A stretch of DNA of 32,197 nt from Octopus sinensis (lineage: Eukaryota). The translations under genes were made by a program, and so were the position numbers. The notes under the pieces are model-generated. The model had not been told where the DNA came from. It was given only the letters and a program-made list of their open reading frames with translations, and ran no database searches. Positions within the stretch are counted from its first letter, which is position 1. Every line of letters starts with the position of its first letter. The stretch is taken from NCBI RefSeq assembly GCF_006345805.1, contig NW_021829636.1, positions 1 through 32,197 on the forward strand, read 5' to 3'. Of this stretch, positions 22,649-32,197 are shown in pieces.

Positions 22649-22859
22649 TTGTGTGTCTGTGTTTGTCCCCCTAGCATTGCTTGACAACCGATGGTGGTGT
22701 GTTTACGTCCCCGTCACTTAGCGGTTCGGCAAAAAGAGTCCGATAGAATAAGTACTAGGCTTACAAAGAATGAGTCCCGAGGTCGATTTGTTCGACTAAA
22801 GGCGGTGCTCCAGCATGGCCGCAGTCAAATGACTGAAACAAGTAAAAGAGTAAAAGAGT
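22406..22859 (+). mobile_element. SINE family A, full length
   Basis: GGCGCAGGAGTGGCTGTGTGG...GGGTTCAGTCCC...CACCTTGGGCAAGTGTC...(TA)n(TG)n...GGCGGTGCTCCAGCATGGCCGCAGTCAAATGACTGAAAC-(AGTAAAAG)n. Confidence 0.93.
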
Positions 22860-22984
22860 AAATGAGGAACAGTTTAGTATAGATATATAAGAATTGAAAC
22901 TTTCACTTCCTTAATTCAAAGCACGACCGGCTCTGCTTAGTTAATCTCTTATATAAACTCCGTTCTGTGTGTGTGTATGTGTGT

Positions 22985-23135
22985 GTCTTCTAGGATCTCG
23001 GGCATCCTCCATCCGATTGCGCTCAAATTTGATATGTAGATACCGACGGTATCGGGGCGTGTATAAATCTTGAAAAAATTACAAAAATCGATTCCATGTA
23101 AGAATGCGATCGATAAAGCCGTTTTTCTCCTGCTT
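22985..23135 (+). mobile_element. Possible non-autonomous Helitron/Helentron-associated (DINE-1/HINE-like) repeat fragment
   Basis: A (TG)n run followed by GATCTCGGGC...CCGATTGCGCTCAAATTTGATATGTAG, which resembles the CCGATTxxxxTGAAATTTGG motif that follows the microsatellite in such elements. Recognition only, no termini defined. Confidence 0.3.
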
Positions 23136-24855
23136 TTCTTCCGTCAACCTGTACATAAGTGCACCTTCCATTTTTTGTTGTTTTTGTACTGCTTAAAGGC
23201 ACGTTTCTTTCCTGCCAAGCTTACTGTTTAAACCACGATTGTGTTCTCCCAGTCAACAGCCTTATCATTACTGATACTTTAAACTCTTCGGTTGCATATT
23301 TGTGTGAATAAAATCGTTTTTCTTTAGAAAAGAAAAAACTATCTTTATCTCTTCCTTTGCTGGTGTCTCAAATTTAGGTTAAATCAGTGTTTCTCAAAGG
23401 GGAGGCCTATGGGACGGTTGGACAAGTTGTTTTGGGAAAATTTGGTTTAAATGTTTGACAACTCGGCACCGCCCATTGGACGGGGGGTGTTTTGTTCGTC
23501 CTTGATAATGTTCGTTATATAGCTCTGATAGCTAGGGACATTTTGCGGTGTGAGTTAATGTTCATGCCAGTGCTTTTATAGCTGTGATGACTGTAAAACT
23601 ATGGTTATATGATTACTAAAATTCAAGTATGTAGGAATATATGTGGTATACGTTACGTTAAATAAGAGTTAGATGCTTTTGAGGTCCGAGATAAATGGGA
23701 TCTATAGGACGGCATTAACTTCAACAAGGCGTTGTTATTTAATTAAGAAGACAATAAACGAAGCTAATAAGAGAAAACTACAATCTAGAAACGATAAATA
23801 ATACTACTGAGTTGAGTTTCTTCAATACTGTAATACATCGTAATGCTACACTGCTTCAGATGTAAAATAACAAATTTGGTTTTAAATATTCATATTATGC
23901 TTCATGCAAAGATAACCAAATAAACTGAAAGCTAGGGTATTTGAGTTTCCGACAAACATCTCATAATTACCGTTCTTGAAATTGCACTTGAGTTTGTGAA
24001 AATCCCCGGAATGAAATATACAAGATAATTGGTTTAGTAATTGAGTTCAGAACGGACAAGGAGATTCGTGTTTTGATTTAAGTAAAAGCACCAACAAATA
24101 CCGGGCGGTAAATAAAGTTTCCGCTTCAATAACTTTCAATCATCCTACACTAAGTAAATGAAACAAGTGTATATGGCGACTATTCCGAGAATCGTTAAGA
24201 AACGTGTTTGAAACATGTTTCAAATTTGTTGACCAGTATTATATAATAATATCGATATTGTTTCACTTTTACCATATAATTTTGGTTTAACTCATATAAT
24301 CTACGATGCCACCAATATTCGGAGAGATTCATGGCAGGGTTCGAATTCATATCACCAAAGCATTCAAGTATTCTCTTACCTTACGTGACACCTGGAATTC
24401 GTTAATCAACACATGGTTATATACAGTCCATACATATATGCCTATATCAATACATACATTGTGTGTGTGTGTGTGTGTACGCATATATGTATATATGTGT
24501 AGTCTGCAGATGTTTGCAATGCTGATATAGAGTGAGTTATTAATAACGATCGTAAACTCTATAAACTATAAAAGTATAGCTAGCAGCTACGAAGGGGATT
24601 GATACAATTTGTATGCGTCAAAGAGAAAGATACTTCTTTATTACAATGATTTCTGATTCCCATCTCGCACACAAGAAAAACACGTGCTTAGGAGGTGCTA
24701 AACATAATGATATATATCATATGTAGTATGATTCATGTGAGATTCAGCTAAGCTAATCAAGTAGCTTTTCTAATTGCAGCCATACAACTGATTAAGTATG
24801 AACGATTTTAGATACAGAGTGTATACTCATTTATACAAACAGTCATTATATACAT

Positions 24856-24891
<36 letters not shown>

Positions 24892-27800
24892 ATATATAAT
24901 CTACTGTTCCCTGAAAGTTCTCCATGTGGTGAGAGATAAATATTATTTGATAAACACAATACGTTTTCATGTGCTACAAATAGTTTCTTGCGCTGAGAAA
25001 ATGCCAAATAATGAATTATAACATGTGTAACATAGCACAATCTTCAGACACAAACAACATAGCATAAGAAACTAAAAGTTGAATGAGAGAAGAAACGGGA
25101 AATGTCAAGAAGTAAGCATATAGAAAACGTGGAAGGTATAAAAACAGAGAATCGAAAAAAGAAATCAGAAATAAGTGAAGGTATTCAAAGATTTATCTCC
25201 CTTTATCTTAAATTATAAGGCTGGGAAAAATAGCGACAAATTAATCTGGTATAGGCAGAATTTTCCAGTTCTTCAAAAGAAACTCCATATGTGGCTATGA
25301 GAATGGAACCACGTGTGTAATTCACTACCAAATCTATTTTTTTTGTTACTGTTTTTGTCGTTTTGTGTATCTTGTATAGAATTGAGAATTCCTAGTATAA
25401 ATATATAACAGTTGACTTCTGCAACACAGTGTTCGCAATCTTCTATCTATTCTTGGTTGTTATTATTTCAGTTCATTTACGCTACCAAGTTCAGTGACAG
25501 ATCCATAAATGCCATAGGTTTCTTCTTTCTCAAAACAGCAAAACTTCAACATCACCATTATTATTTCCATAAATAAAAAGCAATGGATAACAGCACTGAA
25601 AATGCACCGGCAAAATGCTTTAGTTAGTTAGTTAATTAGTTAATTTTTTGGCTCAAAAAGCAAAAAGCGAGGCCATGTAGGGGGACATGGAGTTATGTAC
25701 AGGGTGGTGTTCATGTAAAGAGTTCAGGCCACTTGAGGTCAAGGGAGACTTTGAACGGACGGAGAAAGCCCCTCTCCTTCGATTGAGATGAAATCGTCGC
25801 AGATAGAGCTTTTCGGAATGACCCCGCAGCCGACGCAGCTTTATATGACATTTGTGGTATGACATTTGTGGTATCCCTCATTACTCCATCAATAAAATAA
25901 GTGAAATAATGTGGCTTTATTCAGCAAAGAAATATCGTCTTTAAATGTATCACCTTGTACCAATATCAGAAACATTTGTCGTTTCACTGTCATGGTGGTG
26001 CATTTCATAGTTTTTCAAAGGGGCAGACTTGATTTCGTTAGCAATATTATAATGCAATCTAAACATATTTTGTGAAACAGGCCGTATGAGACACAGTTTA
26101 TCATCTGGTTAGCCATACTACTAAAACCTTCAAGGTAATTTTTCTTTAGATGTGACATTCAGATACTCCCGCGGGCCGAAGGTTGCACATGACAGATCTA
26201 CACTGTCAGATTGGTAATACATCTTTATTTATAACTCAGGTTCTATAAGGTTGTTTGATTGGCTGTTTTTTTTTTTGTTGTTGGTCGCCTGTATCTAAGA
26301 CTCAATAACTTTACCGTCTCTTCTCTGCTTGGTCGTTTACCGAAAGCAAATGCCTAACCTTAAATACATTTGCTGCCTCACTACTCGTAGATACACCACA
26401 AAAGAAAAGCAAGTGGATACGTTCGCAGCATCTATGGAGCCACAGTTAGTACCAGGTATTGACTTAGGGTCACTCCCGCTGGATATCTTGCAGTGTTTTA
26501 CTCCCTTAGTCTTTCTTAAACGCTCGATAAACTATCTCAGATAGAAGCAGGGTTGATGAATTTTGCTAACGCAGGTCCATTGTCTCGCCTTTCAATTTGT
26601 ACTGGTATGAGTGGAACAACTACCATGGGCACAGTAAATATCAAGATCCATATCAGTATCCATATCAAGTAAATATCAGTATCCATATGGGTGTAACTTC
26701 TCTTAAATGAGCAACTAAAAACCTGAAGGGCCTCATCAACCCTGGGTCCGTTGAGGTGTCTGTGAATGACTTTCTTCCAGAATCAATTCCGTGACATACT
26801 AAATAATCTATTGTTGGAATCCTGATTACAGTGGGCCCGAGAACATGTCACGCGCCTCAAGACCTTGGAAATTTTCGAACCAGTGCTCCCACCACCGGAT
26901 GCAGCTTAAAGTCATACTAAGGACACCTATTTCCAAGTCAATAATGGATCGTACATGCGGTCGATATACCTCCTAGAAATAACAGCTAAATCCCACCGGA
27001 TAATTGTCTAGCGTTTTATAAAAGGGAGAGTACATTGGATAATGAAACTTTTACACAATATATCTGAAATAAAATACTGGATAGTCTCAATTGGAAGGCA
27101 CTTGGTCATAAGTCTATTCGTTCGTCTCTTATCTTTATATTATCACCAACAATAATATAAAGAACAAAAATAACAGCAACAGCTACAACAACAGCAATGA
27201 TCATTGCAGCAATAACTTCGATAACTGCATTGACAGGAACAATTACAACCACAAAACGCCTATGCTATCATATCATTTACAATATTTATTTGGCAAAAAC
27301 TGACTATCAAAAGATTTGATTGCCTAAAGTTTTCTGATGCTAACTGCACAATCTGCAATTGCAATGTATTTGGCAGCTCTTCTAATCAAGCATTCTATTC
27401 TAAAACCTTTTTTTCTTTTCGCTTTTGCTTATTATCTCTCCCATATTGGTTTCTTTCTGCTCAATGTAATTTTGCTGGAAACAGCACAGCAATAATATTT
27501 TGGTTCCCGTTTTTAGTGACTATCTTTACTGTTTTACTTCATTTTAAAGAAGCAATTCTATTATTCCGTATATTATCTACTCTGTTTACCGAAATGCTAC
27601 GGGTACCTCTTTTCTACATACATTTTCCTTCTATTTGATGACTTGTGCTTTTCGTTTTTTATATTTGTTTCCCTTACATCTTCGTTGGCGAATCATTGAA
27701 AACAAATGAGACAGATTGTAGCCTTTGAAGTGTCATTTTCGATTCTTCATTATTTTCGTACTCAATTGATTTGATATTCTCCAAACCCATCACTTTACCA

Positions 27801-28044
27801 TTTTCTTAGAATTAGAATTGTATTATAATGAGTTAAGCAATAACATCTTCGAAGTGTTCGTCTTGTTTTTTCTTGTTGTTATTCTTTTTCTTTTTGGATT
27901 CAGTAGCGAATACATCACGCAGGCGTTTTCTGCACACCAGTGCATGTTAAAAAGGGATCTACTCATCAAAAGGAGTGCCGAATGAAACGAAATGAAAAAT
28001 GTACCCCCTATGAATTTTCAGCAATTATGTTTGATGTATTTTCT

Positions 28045-28120
28045 CGTGGGTGTGTGGTAAGAAGCTTGCTTCCCACCCTACTACCACCACCACAAAGGTC
28101 TCGTGTACAGTTTTCCTGCA
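28045..28120 (+). mobile_element. Degenerate SINE family A head fragment
   Basis: GTGGGTGTGTGGTAAGAAGCTTGCTTCCCA...GGTCTCGTGTACAGT. Confidence 0.55.
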
Positions 28121-28262
28121 TGAAACATTATATATATATATATACATATATATATATACATATATATATCTATATATCTATATATATGTGTATATATATG
28201 TATATATGTACATACATACTTATATACACACACACACACAAACATACACACACACAAAAACG

Positions 28263-28315
<53 letters not shown>

Positions 28316-28492
28316 CAAAATAAGCAACATGATATCAAGTAGTAATACAGTACGACCGTATCAACCGGCTTCTTTTAGTTGAACTATGCAATCACTGCAT
28401 GAATTTAAATGCAATGCTATCATCAGCTGCATAAAATAAAGAATATTTTAACAAGTAGGATACATTGATATGATTTTTCTTAAATATTTTAT

Positions 28493-28901
28493 AGGAGTAT
28501 GAGTGGCTGTGTGGTAAGTAGCTTGCTAACAAACCACATGGTTCCGGGCTCAGTCCCACTGCGTGGCATCTTGGGCAAGTGTCTTTTGCTATAGCCCCGG
28601 GCCGACCAATGCCTTGTGAGTGGATTTGGTAGACGGAAACTGAAAGAAGCCTGTCGTATATATGTATACATATATATATGTATGTGTGTGTGCGTTTGTG
28701 TGTCTGTGTTTGTCCCCCTAGCATTGCTTGACAACCGATGCTGGTGTGTTTACGTCCCCGTCACTTAGCGGTTCGGCAAAAGAGACCGATAGAATAAGTA
28801 CTGGGCTTACAATGAATTAGTCCCGGGGTCGATTTGCTCGACTAAAGGCGGTGCTCCAGCATGGCCGCAGTCAAATGACTGAAACAAGTAAAAAAGAAAA
28901 G
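28493..28901 (+). mobile_element. SINE family A, full length
   Basis: Same head, CORE-like motif, microsatellite and tail as the 22406 copy. Confidence 0.92.
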
Positions 28902-29138
28902 TATATATATGCATGTATGTATGTTTGTATGTCTGTGTTTGTCCCCCCAACATCGCTTTACAACCACTGCTGGTGTGTTTACGTCCTCGTAACGTAGCGG
29001 TTCAGCAAAAGATACTGATAGAATAAGTACTAGGTTTACAAAGAACAAGTGATGGGGTCGATTTGCTCGACTAAAGGTGGTGCTCCAGCATGGCCACAGT
29101 CAAATGACTGAAAGAAGTAAAAGAGTAAAAGAGTAAAA
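28902..29138 (+). mobile_element. SINE family A 3' half, directly head-to-tail with the preceding copy
   Basis: Begins in the microsatellite and runs to GGTGGTGCTCCAGCATGGCCACAGTCAAATGACTGAAA-(AGTAAAAG)n. Confidence 0.88.
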
Positions 29139-29880
29139 CTGAATAAGAATGATGGAAGAAATTCATTTTGTCGCTATCGTAGCAAAGTGTCTAAGAAGAT
29201 ACTGCACTTTCTTAGAATCGCATGGAGCATAGTGGGGGTCGTAAGGGTTGTAATTCATCTCTAATTTATTTATCTCTTTATCATCTATTAAATCTGAGAC
29301 TAGAAAACTGTCTCTTTCGATAAAGAATAAAAGTGTGTTGACAGCTCATGGCTAGGTAAGGTCATAAATATTATCATATTTATCCCTTTTCCCCAAGAGA
29401 AAGGAAATAAGACATTAAGAAGAGTCAATTTGATAGCAGTAACTGTCTATAAAAAAGATGCTGGGTAGGGATAGGCTTTATATTATGATGTTAATTACCT
29501 GTTAAAGGGGCAAGACACTAAGATGCTGATACATAGAAAATTTATTAGGGGCACGATGGGCGAACGTTTAGAAACAATTTGTCATGTTGTATAAAATAAA
29601 ATTTAAGAATTCCGAAATAGTATCATAGCCAAAATAGATTAAAGGTGTGTATGTATCATTTATTAGCATTAAAAGGAAGATTATGTGGAACCAGTTTAAT
29701 AGCTATTCTTGTGCTTAATTAATTAATTATTAGATGGATTCTATAAAGACTGCTTGAGGCACTTACATATGGAATATGTAAAAATATATACATATATCTT
29801 TTAATTTTAAGCCATGAATCAGAAGCGTGATATTGAGATAATGGTAATACAGATATATATATATATATATATATATATAG

Positions 29881-29916
<36 letters not shown>

Positions 29917-30054
29917 TGTGTGTTGTGTGTGTGTGTGTGTGTGGTGTATATATTAATATATATATATATTTAAATTATAAAATCTAAGGTATAAAAAAAA
30001 TATGAATACTCGTAAAATATGTTCTGATATAAGTATGTGTAAAGTGTAAACCAA

Positions 30055-30294
30055 GTGGAGGCACGTGGCTTAGTGGTTAGGGTGTCAGCATCATGATCGT
30101 AAGAATGTGGTTTCAATTCCTGGACCGGGCAACGTGTTTTGTTCTTGAGCAAAGCACTTCATTTCACGCTGCTCCAGTCCACTCAGCTGGCAAAAATAAG
30201 TAACGCTGCGATGGACTGGCGTCCCGTCCAGCTGGGGAACACATACGCCATTGAAACCGGGAAACCGGGCCCATGAGTCTGGCTAGGCTTTTAA
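30055..30294 (+). mobile_element. SINE family D (tRNA head, CORE-like, Meta/V-like domain) with TSD
   Basis: Head GGAGGCACGTGGCTTAGTGGTTAG...GGTTTCAATTCC, CORE-like TTCTTGAGCAAAGCACTT, and TGCGATGGACTGGCGTCCCGTCCAG...GAAACCGGG. TSD aaagtgtaaa(c/a)caa at 30041-30054 and 30295-30308. Confidence 0.85.
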
Positions 30295-30334
30295 AAAGTG
30301 TAAAACAATGCATACAGATAAATATACAAAGCGG

Positions 30335-30383
<49 letters not shown>

Positions 30384-30771
30384 AGGGCGAGGAAAAATTA
30401 TAAAAAGGCAGAATGAAGGTAAATTTTCATAAAAAATGGGTATATGGAAAATGTTAAAAATTTTTTAAATGTTAACTCTAACCGGTTTTCATCGCAATGC
30501 AAATCTTCAAGAATTGAAAAGTGAAAAGAATTTTTTTTTAAATTGAGGAAGGGGAAAAAAGAAATTTACAGTGTTTTTTAAAAAAATAAAAATAATAATA
30601 AACATATACAAAAAAAAAAATAGGCATACCGATAGGTTTTAAAGTCTTTATGTTTTTTGAGTTCAATGATAGTCCTATGAAAAATTTCCTCGGAGGATTA
30701 AGATCCGTGTAATTAAACGTGGTACTTAGTTTAGGGTGAAACACCCTAAACAAAGATGCCCTTAGATTTTA

Positions 30772-30890
30772 TTTTTCATTCTTTCGGGGTCGATAAAATA
30801 AGAACCAGTCTAACGGCCGGGTCGACGTGATCGACCTAGACCAACCCTAAAGCTTGCTGGCCTTGTGCCAAAAATTGAAACCAATAATTG
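30772..30890 (+). mobile_element. SINE family C 3' fragment
   Basis: TTCATTCTTTCGGGGTCGATAAAATAAGAACCAG...GGGTCGACGTGATCGAC...CTGGCCTTGTGCC. Confidence 0.75.
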
Positions 30891-30917
30891 TGCATATTAT
30901 TCTTATTAATATTATTA

Positions 30918-31088
30918 GTATTTCGTCCGTTTGACGTCTGAGTTCAAATTCCACTGAGTTCAACTTTGCCTTTCATCCTTTCGGCTTTGTCAAAATACGT
31001 TCCAGTTGAACTCTGGGATCGATGCAATCGAGTTTCCCTTTCCCCAAAAATTGCTGGCTTTGTGCCAAAACTTGAAGCCGATATTATT
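30918..31088 (+). mobile_element. SINE family C, 5'-truncated copy
   Basis: TATTTCGTCC...GAGTTCAAATTCC...CTTTGCCTTTCATCCTTTCGG...TCGATGCAATCGA...CTGGCTTTGTGCC. Confidence 0.8.
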
Positions 31089-31112
31089 CTTGTTATTATT
31101 CTTAACATTCTT

Positions 31113-31530
31113 AAGGTGGCGAGCTGGCAGAAACGTTAGCACGAACTGTTCGCGGTATTTCGTCTGCCGCTACGTTCTGAGTTCAAATTCCGCCGAGGTC
31201 GACTTTGCCTTTCATCCTTTCGGGGTCGATAAACTATGTACCAGTTACGCACTGGGGTTGATATAATCGACTTAATCCGTTTGTCTGTCCTTGTTTGTCC
31301 CCTCTCTGTTTAGCCCCTTGTGGGTAGTAAAGAATTAGGGATTAAACGATAAGCGACATTTCGTCCATCTTTAGCTTCTGTGTTCAAATTCCGCCGTTGT
31401 CGACTTTGCCTTAAGTCATTTCGGGGTCGATAAATTAAGAACCAGTTATGCACTGGGGTCGATGCAATCGATTGGTCCCCGCCCTAGAAATGTCTGGCCT
31501 TGTGTCTATAGTAGGAAGGATTATTCTTAA
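31113..31530 (+). mobile_element. SINE family C, dimeric form
   Basis: AAGGTGGCGAGCTGGCAGAAACGTTAGCACG head, core and tail 1 to ~31339, then a second unit with B box, core and tail 2. Confidence 0.88.
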
Positions 31531-31829
31531 TACGTTCGTTCATGTTATATCATGTCAATGTAGATCAGTTTCTCCTTTCAGAGAAATGTGTGTTCATAAA
31601 ACATTCGATTCGTTAAGCCAAGTTCCCTTCCACTCAGAATCAATTGTGTTATGAACACGCATTCGTCAGTAAGGAATTGCTTTCCATTGACGAGGTACAG
31701 CACGGATTAACATATTCGCTTTCCAACCTGCCGGAATGAATTAATAAAGAATATGTAAGCCATCGTTTTGATTTTTGTTCTTCATCATTCACATGACGAT
31801 TTTTCACCTACCTACACACATACATACAT

Positions 31830-32052
31830 ATATAGTTGTTAATCCAAACAGGAAAGCACAAAAAAAAACACAACAACGCGAGGACGTGGAACAAATATAG
31901 AATTATTAGACGCTCAGGAAAGAAGGAAAGAAGGCGGGTTTAACGTTTCGAGCGGAGCTCTTCGTCGGAAACATAGGAGAAGGAAAGATCCAGAGAAGGG
32001 AAAACAGAGGAAAAAAATCGCCAACGGTACACACGAGGTCACATTTTCGTCA
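31830..32052 (-). mobile_element. Short Penelope-like-element-type repeat carrying a minimal hammerhead motif, flanked by microsatellites
   Basis: Homologous to 6835-7025 and more distantly to 15765-15930; contains the motif at 31938-31972. Confidence 0.6.
31938..31972 (-). ncRNA. Minimal type I hammerhead ribozyme-like motif (U4C core variant)
   Basis: GTTT-CCGACGA-A-GAGC-TCC-GCTC-GAAA-CG-T-T-AAAC. Stem I is GTTT/AAAC, stem II is GAGC/GCTC, stem III is the palindromic ACGT, and the cleavage triplet is GUU. It departs from the canonical CUGANGA at position 4. Confidence 0.6.
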
Positions 32053-32072
32053 TATATATATATATATATATA

Positions 32073-32118
<46 letters not shown>

Positions 32119-32197
32119 GTGTGAGAGAGAGAGAGAGAGAGAGAAAGAGGGAGAGCATGTGTGTGTATGTACATATAAGTAACATTCACGTGTAAGT

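Noticed and set aside
23812-24047. Recurrent TTGAGTT motif with ~50 bp spacing (CRISPR-like or satellite)
   Set aside because: Only 7 nt are shared, spacing is irregular and the context is eukaryotic; consistent with chance in AT-rich DNA.
25650-26950. GC-richer segments as possible host exons
   Set aside because: I found no open frame with a recognisable domain and no convincing splice-bounded unit; they may be old repeat debris.

Overview
AT-rich, repeat-dense eukaryotic non-coding DNA with no host exon that I can support. The SINE repertoire is what I recall from Octopus genomes (inference, not a database match). The window holds long (TA)n/(CA)n/(TG)n and trinucleotide microsatellites, which account for almost all the Y/I/C/V/H/T-rich ORFs. 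It carries about 20 tRNA-derived SINE copies or fragments from at least four families, labelled A-D here, with CORE-like, Nin/Deu-like and Meta/V-like domains. There is also a decayed 3.1 kb pogo-type DNA transposon with both TIRs and a TA TSD (7147-10252), and a 5'-truncated, disrupted CR1/L2-group LINE (17316-19896, minus). Several short elements carry minimal hammerhead-ribozyme-like motifs of the Penelope-like type, and there are several foldback sequences. Main observations: (1) the LINE 3' UTR shares 31/39 nt with the 3' tail of SINE family A, including a stem-loop with two compensatory base-pair changes, so a LINE-SINE partner pair probably sits in one window; (2) a microsatellite-embedded family carries a minimal hammerhead fold, and two copies share a CCGANGA (U4C) core variant; (3) the SINEs show domain shuffling, tail swapping and dimerisation.
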